A stretch of DNA of 57,959 nucleotides, filler included, from Sphacelaria rigidula (GCA_964200075.2; 7 parts of 7 records of this genome joined end to end with filler, not necessarily neighbours in it), one strand, 5' to 3'. Counted from the first letter of the whole stretch, positions 1 through 12,644 are shown. A program made the numbers and translations. Notes: generated by a model not told the origin, from the letters alone.

Positions 1-177
1 CTGATGTTCGGGTTCAGGCTGCATGAAGCGCCTCATATTGGCGACATTGGCCAGAACGAACCCAAGCGTGGGATTTCTCAGCTTCTCGTTGTGCTCGGCT
101 TTTCCCACTTCGATCAATGGGAAATTTTTACCTCCCAAAACCTTGCACTTTTGGGGGGGGACTATCGTAGAAAGTGT

Positions 178-811
178 CGTACACGGAGGCGCAAAACGAT
201 TATCACGTCCCGGTTGGACAATAGCCCCATCTGACTCTTCCTCGCTAGGGGATGATGACTCTCCATGTACATGACGCCGAGGGAAACCCTCAGTATCTTC
301 AAAACAGTAAAACCAAGGTGCGGAAAGATTGAACCAGGGGGAATATGATCGGGAATCCATTTTTTCATGCATTTGAAACAAGATCATACAAAACCGGATA
401 TCTACGACGACACGTCTAAATATTTCCGACAACCGGAAGGAGGCAAAAACCGTCCGAGGCTAACTTTGAGAACAGTATGGCAATGAATCCTATTTCCTGG
501 AAACGTTGGATAGTGTTGACTCCGGTCGGGCTCCAGAGCACTGTGTGCCCCGTAGATGCTTGGCAGAGTTGGAGAGTTGGTAGGTGCTGAGATTTGCAAT
601 TTGGCATAAGAGCATCGGGGGCAAAGAGGTGATAGCAGGATCTTCCTTTTGACGCTTTATTTGATGATTCGAGCCGGGATCGTGACGCCATACGACGGTA
701 CATTTACCGTGGTGGACATTTCCCCCTTTACTTGGTGGTACCACTTTGACCAGAGACGGCAAGCGCGAACATAGCGGTAATGTTTCGGTGGTATCGCAAA
801 ATGGCGAGCGA
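178..811. repeat. Left arm of a ~634-bp diverged inverted repeat (partner 4602-5235)
   Basis: Reverse complement aligns along its length to 4602-5235 (roughly 80% by eye). ORFs 490..906(-) and 4552..4923(+) give near-identical translations (WRHDP...QIKRQKEDPAITSLPP...LSNVSRK). No recognisable protein domain or TSD. Confidence 0.9.
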
Positions 812-3705
812 CTCATCAGCGGTGCACAGATTCTATTCAGTGTGACGTGAAGGTGAGTGGTGAACTCAAATGTGGCGGTCATTATGCGATGGTAAGCAGT
901 TTTCAACTTTCGACGGTACCATGAGTAGCAAAGGAAATTCTAAGGGCGTGTTGGGTAGGGTAAATACCGGGGTATTAACTGTCCCGAAGTTTGTGTTGCG
1001 ATGGTCCATTTTCTAAACTGTACCCAACGTCTGTGTTTGCCAATATTTGTATGGGGTAGAGTTAGGTACGATCGTTACACTCTGCCCAATATCTGTGTTG
1101 CTGAGTACGATCTCATTAGTCTACCCGAGGTTTGGGTACTGGGAATATGATTTTTCGTCGGGGTACTTGGAATATGATTTTTTCGAAATACCTAAATGCA
1201 GGATAAATCATCAAAACTACAAAAGCACAACAACACCACCTTCCAAGCTATGTGCGGGAACATACGCACAATATATTCAGCGCAAAACAACCGAAGTATA
1301 ATTATTAGTTGGTGAAATATAACAACCAAGTACGTTACCACGAACAACAGCCCTTCAAAAATCTCCTTTTCCCCCCCACCCGAAATATTCCATGCCGTTC
1401 GCAGATAGTCAACCATCAAATCAACATTGAAGATTGACGCACAACCTAAACCGAAACACGAAAAGTGTAGGTGCGTATTGCAACCGGGAATAAACGTGTA
1501 CATGGGTACTCAAAGACAAGGGGAAACGCTTCTGGAAATGAAAACATGACAGTAAACAAAATGCCGTCATTACTTCACATGAATAGAAAAAGCAAGGGTG
1601 AAATAAACGTGTACTGAGCATTAGTCAGCATAGAACCTCTCTTGATACTGTACGCATCCCCTGGCTACAAAGTACAACGAGTTTTAAATACTCGGGATCG
1701 AACCTGTGCGGGAGAGGGTGTCAACGGGGATAAGTGGATGGTGTGGAATTACACTCAATGCAATATCAACAAGCTTTGCTGCACAACACATCGCCCGAGC
1801 GAAACACAGGCAAACTATGGCCTCCCAATAGCGGTTGTGAGGTCATCATCGCTCCTCATGTCCTTCTACGCATCTGTTCCATACGCTGCTTTTCTTCTTG
1901 TTCTTCGGCCTCTTTTTTTTTGGGGGGGGGGATTTTGGGTCATCTTTCGTCGGAATTTTTGGCCCCGTTTTTTTCGTTCTTGGCCCTTTTCTTTTGATTC
2001 AATTCATCTTCGAGATTAACCAGGCCAAATAAGAAGCCATTCTTCGGCTCCAACAAAACAGAAGGCTTTTTCGGCTGAAGCCTACAGAACACAGGCCTGA
2101 ACGAAGCAGAGGAGAAACAACAACATCCATATCTTGAGAGAAAACGAGGGGTGAGGGGTAGGGGGTAGGGGGCCTGGCCTCGCAAAGATGGGGTTCTAAA
2201 ACAAGAAGGCTGCACGGCAGGAGAATTGGCTTGCTGAGTCCGCTCATCACAACAAACATACCAAACTGAAAGAGTGCCTTTTTAAAGTCTTCACGTCGTT
2301 TTGCGCTCCAAGAGAAAGCCAGGCGGAATTCGACACCCTGGAATGCGTTGCTGTACTCGCTGAGAAAGTTCTGGCACACCTCTGCTTTTTTCCAGTGGCC
2401 GCAGCTTTTTTCTTGTTTACTCTTGCATTTTTCTCGGATACCGCCCAAGTCCAGCAAAACTTCGGCGATTGTTTTGTGGACCTCGCCGGTCGCCGAGAAA
2501 AATGCAAGGTTGGGCAAGAGAAAAGCTGCGGCGACCGTAAAAACGGACAGGTGTGCTGAAACCATCTTAACCAGTACAGCAACGCATTTCAAGGCGTCAA
2601 AATCCGCCCAGCCCTCTCTGGGGGGGTAACACGACGTCGAAGCTCCAAAAAGGCTCTTTCTCGGATTTTTGTTTTCGTCTGATATAAGAAGTGGCCTCAC
2701 AGTGAAACATGAAAGTTCTGTGAAATTTCTTTCTGTGTTTCTCGGCCGTTACACGGCCTGAAGATTTAGCTTAGTGGGGTTTGACACCACCTTGGGATGA
2801 CTTGCTCTACATGTCAAAGCGGTTCGAGGACATTTTCTCGTTTTCCGTTGGCCGCGGTAATTTTTGCCAATTAAGCATTACTGTCCAGAGGCGGTCAAGT
2901 CCAAATAAAAGTGGCACTTTTTCCTACATTTGGTCACAACACACATACGGGGGGATATATTGTTGTAGTGAAATGTGAATTTCAACCAATCAGAAGCACT
3001 GTGAGAAATCGGCGGAATCTAGCGCCAATGAAATGTGACCTTCGCAGTGAATTATGCAATGGAAAATGCTTGTGATTGGCTCTCGGACTCAAGTCACACC
3101 TGTAGTGTATGCCCAGACCGATGGAACAGCAGCAGCGACACGAAGCTGCAAGTAGACAAGCAGACAGCAAGTGGTACATTGCCGCCACAGTGGATCATTG
3201 CGATGCTCGTGTATCGGGATATCCCCATCTTGTGTGGCTGGTCGTGTCTGTCCGTGACCGCGAGCGCTGGCGCCGATGCCAGCGACAACAACCGCCATGC
3301 TGACGGGTGCAGGCAGTCCCCGGCGGTGCAGTATATCGGCACTGTGCTGTGCGTTTCTCCTTTAATCGGAGCACGGGGTCTGGTCCGGTCGGTCGAGCGG
3401 CCTATACCGGCGCTGGTTGTTTGTCTTGACCCAGCTATGTACGGTATCGCGCAAATGATGGGTCCGAGTAACACGATTTTTCCAACAGTCAAGTGTGTAT
3501 ACCGCACTGCGTCCAGACTGATACTATATTTTAGAGAGAGACGAACGCAACCATACAGCACCTCAAGCAATCTCAGCGGAGACCAAACCGACTTCGCAAG
3601 GTCTAAACACACCACGAAACAGTGCAAGGGTCGGATGAATTGATGATTCGTCTGAATATTACTTGATTCTAGTGTCATTGGTTCGTACCGTACGAATCAA
3701 TCCTT

Positions 3706-4327
3706 AGTTGGGCCACTTCAGAAAGCCGATCTTGCATCGGAATATCCATACCCATCAGAGACTAGCCAGTGCTTGCAAGGCCAATTCGCAAAGCGGCGCG
3801 TACCTATTTACACAACGGCTCGAGTTCAGCTGGATCGTTGGAGATGCTATAAACTCGCATCTCAGAAGAAAGAAGCGAGAGTTGGGCGACTTCAGAAAGC
3901 CGCTTTTGCATCGGAATATCGATACCCATCAGAGACTATCCAGTGTTTGCAAGGCCAATTCGCAAAGCGGCGCGTACCTATTTACACAACAGCTCGAGCT
4001 CAGCTGGGTCGTTAGAGATGCTATGAACTCGCATCTCAGAAGAAAGAAGCGAGAGTTGGGCGACTTCAGAAAGCCGCTTTCGCATCGGAATATCGATACC
4101 CATCAGAGACTAGCTAGTGCTTGCAGGGCCAATTCACAAAGCGGCGCGTACCTATTTATACAACGGATCGAGCTCAGCTGAATCGTTAGAGATGCTATTA
4201 ATTCACATCTCAGGATAAACAAGCGAGAGGTGGGCCACTTCAGGAAGCCGCTCTTACATCGAAATATCCATACCCATCAGAGACTAGCCAGTGCTTGCAG
4301 GGCCAATTCGCAAAGCGGCGCGTACCT
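3706..4327. repeat. Tandem repeat, 174-bp unit, about 3.6 copies
   Basis: Units start at 3706, 3880, 4054 and 4228 (agttgggcgacttcagaaagccg...), with few substitutions and no indels. Confidence 0.97.
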
Positions 4328-4601
4328 TCGCCTGAGCCCATCAATGATTCTCTGGTAGCCACACCGTCAATGGTGTCTGTACGTGCAGCATCTTGAACAT
4401 TAACAGCTGCGTGTCTCTCAATAGCCAGACCCTACCTGATGGCAGCGCACTTGGATGCTACACCTCAGCGCTTCACATCCTCAGAATGCTGTTTCACAAC
4501 AAAATCGCGGCGTGATTGAGCATTGTATACATGCGATATCCATGAACTCCCTTGTTTCGAGCAACCAAATACCTCTCTCCCTATCGTAGGATGACTCTAA
4601 A

Positions 4602-5235
4602 TCGCACGCCATGTTGCGATACCGCCGAGAAAATACCGCTATGTTCACGCTTGCCGTCTCTGCCAAAGGTGGTACCACCAAATAATTTGAAAACAATCTA
4701 CCACGATAAATGTACCGCCGTATGGCGTCACGATCCCGTCTCGAAGCATCAAATAAAGCGTCAAAAAGAAGATCCTGCTATCACCTCTTTGCCCCCGGTA
4801 CTCTTATGCCAAATTGCAAATATCAGCACCTACCAACTCTCCAACTTTGCCGAGTATCTACGGGGCACACACTACTCTGAAGCCCGACCGGGGTCAATAC
4901 TGTCCAACGTTTCCAGGAAGTAGGTTTAACTGTCATACTGTCCTAAATGTTAGCGTCGGGCGGTTTGAGCCGCCTCTAGGTTGTCAGAAACGTTTAGACG
5001 TGTCGTCGTAGATATCCGGTTTTGTATGATCTTGTCCCAAATGTATGAAAAAATTGATTCCCGATCATAATCGCCCAAGTTCAATCCTTCCGCATCTTTT
5101 TTTTACTGTGCCGAAGATACTGAGGATGTGAATCGGCGTCATGTACACGGAGGGTTATCATCCCCTAGCGAGGAGAAGTCAGATAGGGTTACTGTCCAAC
5201 CGGAATGAGGGAATCGTTATGCGCCTCCGTGTACG
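4602..5235. repeat. Right arm of the ~634-bp inverted repeat (partner 178-811)
   Basis: Reverse-complement match to 178-811; similarity stops at gcgcctccgtgtacg (5235). Confidence 0.9.
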
Positions 5236-5531
5236 TCGAGAGTCGCCCGGTGGCGTTCCTTTTGGCCATGGACCCTAACCTCGTGACGAAAGCCCACGCC
5301 GTGCAAGCATTCTGTCCACACATGATAGGTTAGTATTTCATCAAGCGTTTTACCTGACGTTGCCGTTATCCCACAATCGACGATGCGGGTGCGTTGGGGC
5401 GTATAGGGACATTCTGAAATCTTCTATGGTTAGTATGGAACATGAGTTTATTTCATCTTCATTTTCAATCCCTAGCGTGGCGCGATGTGCGCAAGTACAA
5501 CAGCAACAGATTTGTCCGCGTATACATGTAT

Positions 5532-5840
5532 TATTTGTCACACTTTGAACCCCTCCCCTTCCTCGGGATGAGTCCGTGGTCTAAAAGGATCAACCCGCCT
5601 CTCCCCCGGTACACGCCTTGCACCGAGGCCTCGCGGATTGGGTCAGCACTCCCGCACCACGTCAACTCACGCCAAACGAACGCAGTCGACTATTAATACT
5701 TTGTTTACTCTCGTTCTCACGCTTTCCACGATGGAAATCAGACATGAAGAAGAAGAAACTCAGAGCATCGGGAATCGAACCCTCGGTCCCTCCACCCTAA
5801 TGGCGGCAGTCGGACCATTACAACACCGGAACGCGGCGGC
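5532..5840 (-). mobile_element. Full-length tRNA-derived SINE (family A)
   Basis: Minus-strand head with A-box-like TGTTGTAATGG and B box GGTTCGATTCCC (5770-5781). Body shared with copies at 8296, 12335, 12645 and 39361. Flanked by 10-bp direct repeat atacatgtat (5522-5531) / atacgtgtat (5841-5850). Confidence 0.8.
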
Positions 5841-7134
5841 ATACGTGTATATATCCCGGCAGTGGTACATGCGGTTGCGTGTTTCAGTGCAATTGTTTGC
5901 CCTCGCAGAGCGTGTGAGTGGATCATAGGATCCACAGATCTCCATTGCACCCCTTGACCGCTAGCGTGGGTCGTCTGCTGACTTGACCTTATCTTGAATT
6001 CAAACATGATCAAGACCCAGTTCTCCATTCTGGCGATCAAAGAGTTACAAGGATATCTTCATGTCTCCTGGTCGATTTTCCTTCCTCAGATCATCTCTCT
6101 AACAATATGTCCAAACACAACCGAAAAATGCAAAGTCGATGATACATCTGATATATTTTGATCGAGCAGAGGGCTCACGTAATTTCCCAATTATTATTAA
6201 CCTCTGGCTAAATGCCTCGGTGAAGGCAGCCTCAGTCCACCTTTGCCCTGATGTTCTCACGAACAGAGGCTCAAGCTGTGAGAGGTAGGTTGCAAAGCGC
6301 TCAGCAGAGTGCAGTAAATCAATACAGACCCAATACTGTGACAGCAGCAGTAATCGAATCCAGGTGTCCCACAAACAAATTAGATTATCTCTTTCTAATT
6401 CACAATACGAACCGGAGCCAGTAGTTTCCCCATGACCACAACTCTCCAGTAAGGACTCAGTTGGAACTCAGAGCAACGGCGGCAAGGCTGATGTTATCCC
6501 GGGCCCAAAATGAAGTGAGCTAAGATGCGCTCGGGCAATGGTGTAACCACCTTACGCAGGAATTATATCCACATCAAATCATAATACAATAACCAAAGAG
6601 CAGAGATCCTCCATCCAACGAACGTTCCTGGAACACTCTTCGTTGTGCACATGAATATTCAATGTGCAGACATCAGCCATACTGTATCTCCCATCGACTA
6701 TCCAGAACACATTGTGTATCTGTATCTTTCAATAAGCTGACGAGCCACGGCAGCCGACCAAGAGTCATATCCAACGTTCATTTACTCCGACATCTGATGT
6801 ACACAGCGCCACGGTACCTTATCGACGCCAGTTCCTTCAAATACCATAACACAATCCCGACAGTTTGCTTCAATCAATTGCTGGTATCTTATATTGGATA
6901 GACGGTAAAGTTGGGTTGTGGGAAAGCAAAGGGAGCGCGCGGATCACCATCCGAAGCACAAATTGACGGCACATGGCTATACCAGGGCGGCATCTCCATT
7001 GCGATGTATTTTCTTGGGAATGATAGGTGAGGGACTACACTGCTGCGTGAGTAGCGATAACTCGTCGGTTTTGCCAGGCTGAGTATCGCCTCTCTGCCGA
7101 TGCCGACGTGTACCGTCCGTACAACACACCACAG

Positions 7135-7340
7135 TGCAATGCGTGGGAGGACCGCGTGCGTTGTGGACCACATCGGGTTTTGAAACAACCCAGGATCGAC
7201 GTTTTTTCAAGACCACTCGGGCCAGTCCCTGCAGGGACTGCGCCCCTGGTCCTAACCCTAACACTAGCCCTAACCCTAACCATAGGGGTGTTTGAACTCC
7301 GATGCCGTCCAAGAAGCACGCGGTCCTCCCACGCATTACA
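7135..7340. mobile_element. 206-bp MITE with TG..CA ends and 4-bp TSD ACAG (Ginger-like signature)
   Basis: TIRs tgcaatgcgtgggaggaccgcgtgc / gcacgcggtcctcccacgcattaca; ACAG at 7131-7134 and 7341-7344; internal palindrome cagtccctgcagggactg and CCCTAA-like repeats. Confidence 0.85.
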
Positions 7341-8195
7341 ACAGCAAAGACCGATCATGCCTCCTACGTGCTGGCTCACATCGTAGCAAACAGGCGCATT
7401 TTGAATGAAAGGAATTAACTATGCTTTGAACTCCCCTCACCCCCAGTTCATATTTGTGCAGTTGTCTTCCCTTCCAATCAACATGCGCTACTGTTGGTGG
7501 TACTGTAAGTGTGTATCGATCCTGTTATGCCACTTTTGCTGCAGTTAGGGTGTCAAATACCTCGTGAGCGATCAAGCGGCCTTCCGATCGACAGTGACAC
7601 CCCTCTGCCACCTCCCTCGGTCCCCCAAAATCGCACATGGCATTTTGGATTCGGGACACTTGTTGTCCAAGCGGCGCGGCTCGTCTTTCATCACGAAAAC
7701 GTAGGTGTTGATCATATGGATATTGATGCAGGAAACTCTCTGATTGGTGGAGTCAGTAGCTCAAAAATATTTCTTAGAGCTCGGAAATGGTACCAGTTAT
7801 AACTGGCCATTATCATTATAATGGTAATGATGATAAGGGTTGTATGAAAAAATTGAATAATGATTTCAAACCATAATTCACCGTTACCGGCTTTATAAGC
7901 CGTAAGCGGCTACGTGTGCTACATGCAGCCCTTGAAAATTGGCCCAAATCCAATGTATTTTTTACCTCAAGTGAAACCAAATCGCGTAAAAACGTGCCTC
8001 CAGCACGGCCTCCAGCGGGGCCCGCTGGGGCTTTTTGGCTCGCGGCTGCCCCGCTCGATGACCAAACCACCATACTTCCTCTGTCCCATAAGTCTGTATC
8101 GTTATGGACGTTTAATCGTGTGGGTATTTCAATGCTCACGATCATGCTACAGTTGGGCTCGTTAGAGAGATAACGTACAGACGAAGCTGACTGAG

Positions 8196-8295
8196 NNNNN
8201 NNNNNNNNNNNNNNNNNNNNNNNNNNNNNNNNNNNNNNNTTAATTAATTAANNNNNNNNNNNNNNNNNNNNNNNNNNNNNNNNNNNNNNNNNNNN
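8196..8295. other. Artificial 100-bp contig spacer
   Basis: N run with central TTAATTAATTAA (stop codons in all six frames). Confidence 0.98.
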
Positions 8296-8350
8296 GTTGA
8301 TTCCTTGAGACCACGGACTCATCCCGAGGAAGGGGAGGGGTTCAAAGTGT
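8296..8350 (+). mobile_element. 3' end of SINE family A at contig edge
   Basis: gaccacggactcatcccgaggaaggggaggggttcaaagtg matches the 3' end of the 5532-5840 copy. Confidence 0.8.
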
Positions 8351-9412
8351 GAGGGGAAAAAAAAATGGTAGAGTTCTTGTTTATTGCATCTTTTGACCAT
8401 ATTTTGTCCAGGGTGTAGAAAATAGGAAGAAGAAAAAAAACAGCTGACGGGTTTGCTTGCTCACAAGACTGATGCAGACTACGTTTTACTGTACCGTACA
8501 GTAAAACAAACGGGAACCTAATATCAGTAGAGAACACGTGGGCAAGAACCTGACCCATTCACAGCCGGGGTGGGTCTCGTCAGGCTTGCGTTCGTCGTTC
8601 GAGTGAAAATGATGCTGTTGATTTAACACATGACCCACACGTGCGGTGAAGCGATAAGGTAAGCCTTGAAAACGTGTAATATATTCGCAAGTACGTGATT
8701 CGGGATTGAGAGTGGAGAATTGCTCGAAGGTCGGTCGCACAGCAATCCCTGTTCCCATAACCCCAGGAGGAAAAAGAAAAAGAAAAAAAACTAAACTGAA
8801 CTGAACTGGAACACATTACAGCTCGGGCTCTCCCCCATGGAGACATCAACAATCGAAGCCTTGACCCGATTTCATGTTCCCTTATTCGCGGGCGTCCCAT
8901 CTGCATATGTATACAACATGAAGTACAATAGAGGCTTCTTTTTTTTCGCGGGGTGGCACGGAATGCCGTCCAACAATACTTGTAGAAACCGTGCATGAAA
9001 ACTCGGACTGTAACAACCTATTTTTACGATTTTTTTCCTCAGTTTCTTCTTGTCGTTGTTTTCGCTCGCCACCTCCCCCCCCCCCGTTTTTCGAGTATAG
9101 GTGTAATTGCAGGTAGAAGTCCAGACCCAAGTTTTGGAGGGGTTCGAGGCTCCCTGGGGTAGGCTATTCGTCAAGTCACGCCATTGTGATTCCCAAAACA
9201 TGAAAAATATATTTTTTTTCCGTGCTGAAATGTACAGTTAAATCATTATACTGTACGGTACTGGTAAAATAGCTCTGTATTGTTGTGTGTTGTCTACAAG
9301 GAGCTTGTACTGAACCGAAAGATGTACACACGTCAAGCAGAATGTTACATTCGCGCACCAAGCTCTGTAGCCTAATGGGATCAAAACTTCAGCCCCCTCC
9401 CCCCCCCAAAAG

Positions 9413-10866
9413 GGGATGATCGTACCACGCAGTGTTTGAACGGTGAGACGCCCGTAAGGCAGTGTAACGCGTGACTATCTCTGGAATTGGCGAGACCATA
9501 AAATGAAGTAACTCATTCGAGGCTGTCATCCATACGCAAGATGATCAGTATGCTACAGGTCAAACAATCTTAGCAGCATACAGGTCACCCCTCATAACAT
9601 TCGCCGAACATATCACGGCGCTTGGCGCTTGGCGATTACGAATCTGGTCCGGCGAAAACCCGGTGTGCTCCGTCCCGGCTCTGTAGGGATGCGAGGTCAA
9701 TGATCATGTGACTATGGCATGATGCAAGATCATGAGTACACCCACCCCTACCCACCCCCCGTTCCCCAGCGTCCTCGAGACGACCCCTCAATCTGAGGTG
9801 ATTAATTCATCTCTTTCCTGGTATATGCCTGACAACTCATTACGATCAAATGGAGGATGACAAATGATCCCACGTGCTTTTATCCATGGACGACAGGTCA
9901 AAAATACACCTGTGTCCGACAGAACACGTTATCCGCATTGTGCAGTATCCTCAGGTTATCGACGAGTTGGGCAACATGGAGCACGGCATGAGCCAGGTGT
10001 GCAAAACGGATCTCCCAGGAAATCATGAATGAATAAATAAACTAAAAATAATAATGAAATGAAAAATGATAATAATTACAACGGGGAACACAACAAGGCG
10101 ACAGCGTATGCGATCAAAATCCGATTCACACTTCACGAACATCGTACAACTCACCCATTACGTATCACAACCTGGGGACGCCCCAAGATGCGAACTAAGT
10201 TCACCAGCGGCCATCAGTTTGGTATTTGCTCTAGTCAGGAGGCGGGCGACCCAGCAATAGGTTTCAACTTTACGGTGCGCACGGCCGGGAGACAAAGAAC
10301 CACTACGCGTAGAGGCACACCTGGAGTCATGGTCATGAGCCACTGCTTCGCGGTAGTATTCTCATTCCCGGAACGCCCCTCTGTGAAAGTCACCTGTGGT
10401 AATTGGGTTTTCTGTGGCGTGGAAACATTAGGTAACGCACGACAGGAAAGACATCCACACAAAACACAAAATAAGGACAAGGCCGGGCGAAAACGGGGTA
10501 AGGAGGGGGAAGGGGGGTACACATGATCTAGCATGCCGTAGTCAAACGACCGTTCTTCTCGCATCCCTACGAAGCCGGAACCGAGCACGCCTGGTTTTCG
10601 CCGGACCAGGCTCGAAATCCATCACCAAGCGCGAAGCGCCGTCGTGTGTTCGGCGAGTCGCGTGAAGGGTAATTGCTTTAGATTTATGGAAAGATATTTA
10701 CTTTTGAATCTGCATCCTGCTGTTATTGTTCCGCCCAAAGCCTACTGATTGTCTTGTATATGGATGACAGCCTTCAATGAGTCGCTTCATCTCCTGGTAT
10801 CGCCACTTCCAGAGATAGCCTCATGGCTGCCTCGCTGTTTCAACATGATGCAGTACGATCATCTCC
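9413..10866. mobile_element. Two convergent copies (~9413-9790 and ~10503-10866) of an abundant dispersed repeat; possible foldback element
   Basis: Shared motifs gatgatcgtac, ctatctctggaa.tggcga, ggctgtcatccata, cgccgaaca..acggcgctt, ccggcgaaaacc, gtagggatgcgag occur in inverted order. Other pieces of the family lie near 13800-13880, 35520-35620, 41669-42030 and 49620-49665. Confidence 0.7.
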
Positions 10867-12334
10867 ATGTCGCGGCGCTGAGGCTCTCCCACCCGGCACA
10901 AAATTATGTGCAGAAGTGGGCGGTCTCACTATTCATTTTGTGGCATATTGTGGCTTTTCGTAATTGGCGATTCTCTCGGGATCTTTCCACTTGCCACCGC
11001 GTATCACATCGGGTATCTAAAGATATTTTTATCCGCTGCACATTCCAAGAAAAAAAGTATATTCTGTACTCAATATTGAGTGAATTACGGGTTGACCGGT
11101 CATAGGGGGTCCTGCCACGTTTCAGCCCAGACTCTTACTCTTTTGTAGTTCCAGCCAGTCGAGCCTGTCCCGACCACATTTGTGAAGAAATGTACAGTTT
11201 TATTTTATGAAAATTCTACTTACCCATTGCACTATGGCCGAAAAACTGTATTCCACGGTCAAAAACACCCTCCTGAAAAACGGGGTATTTACTCGTTTCC
11301 CCCGATAACGCCAACTGACACTGACTTGGTCGCTGTGTTTCGAGGATGATCTATTCATTGTACCAAAATCTACCGACGCTAGCAATTTCGAGTTCTATCG
11401 AAGAGTCGTACGCGAGGAAATGCCCAAAACATCCCTAGATAGTTAGACCGCCCGCTACTGTAGCACGACTACCATCCATGGTTTCCGCAACAAAAACGCA
11501 GGGGAAAACAGAAGGAATCTACAAGAAAAATTACTGATTTGAAAAAAAGGAATTATTCAAACACACAAACAAAACAAAAAAAGGAAAAAAAATTACATGA
11601 AGAGGAGAAATTGCACAAAGCAATTCATATCATAAAACATAAAAAAAATACGGTCACCTGGTTGCCAAGCTTACGCCGTGAGCGACATGTTTTACGCCGT
11701 CGTTGCCAACCCGCGCCAACCCTCGGGGGGGGGGGAGTTCAGAGTGTTTCTCATGGTTAGGGTTAGGGTACAGCAGCAAGAGACACAATCGAGGCATCAA
11801 TCAACAGCTGGTCAGACGATAATAATGAGACAAGGTACTGTGCGCACCTACAGTAATCCACTGTGAAGCACCACCGCGTCTCAATCATCACAGTCAGAGA
11901 GGCACGCGCACGTGATTCTCAAGACACAGGCAACATTTGTTTTTACTCAAACGCAGCAGCACACAGCCGTGGCCCGATTGAGCCCTACCAATCTTTTTGG
12001 GGCCGGACTCCCACTAACCAGAGGTTCACAACTGGTTTGCACGGTAGGGTCATTCATGAATCGGCACGAATTTCAGCCGTTTTTTATTTGGAAATGATGC
12101 CTTTCATAAATAGGCCCCCACCTCCGCGAGTAGTCCACTCCGACCCCAAAAGGGTTATTAACGACATGTAGACAACTCATCTTTCTCGTCCATGATTCCC
12201 GCAGTATCGTGTAGCCAAATCGACGCACGCCACCGACGAATAAAAAAAGTGGTCCCCTGACACCAGGAACATGTTTTCTCCACGAGTACATCCGTTTCTT
12301 TTTGTTCATCCACCCTCAACACATCCCCTTGCTT

Positions 12335-12530
12335 GGCCGTGGAAAGCCTGAGTCCGTGAGTAGACAAACTAGTTCACTGATGTTTGTTTGACGAGAGTTG
12401 ACGCGGTGCTGATGGTCATGATCCACTCCGCGAGACCAAAATGCAAGGCGTGTACCGGGGAGAGATGGGTTTGATGCCTTGAGACTAATAGACCACGGAC
12501 TCGTCCCGACGAAGGGGAAGAGTTCAAAGT
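12335..12530 (+). mobile_element. 5'-truncated SINE family A copy
   Basis: cgtggaaagc...tgcaaggcgtgtaccgggg...gaccacggactcgtcccgacgaaggggaagagttcaaag, followed by a (TAA)n tract. Confidence 0.8.
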
Positions 12531-12543
12531 TCGACAAAGAAAT

Positions 12544-12545
<2 letters not shown>

Positions 12546-12613
<68 letters not shown>

Positions 12614-12640
12614 CAACAGCAACAACAATAAGAATAATAA
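12546..12640. repeat. (TAA)n/(CAA)n microsatellite
   Basis: Direct reading; accounts for the spurious poly-Leu ORF 12524..12754. Confidence 0.97.
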
Positions 12641-12644
12641 TTGG

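Noticed and set aside
3706..4327. CRISPR array or repeat-protein gene
   Set aside because: Units are contiguous with no unique spacers; the ORF has no ATG or splice context and stops in unit 3.
5760..5840. Functional tRNA genes (also 25770-25850 and 39361-39432)
   Set aside because: A/B boxes are present but acceptor and anticodon stems do not form, and each continues into a repeat body, so these are SINE heads.
5900..6370. Degraded gag with zinc knuckle on the minus strand (EICGSYDPLTRS)
   Set aside because: Only one Cys of the CCHC pattern is present and there are many stops; too weak to call.
8240..8251. TTAATTAATTAA recurring every 8294 bp as a biological periodic motif
   Set aside because: Always centred in a 100-bp N run; it is an assembly linker.
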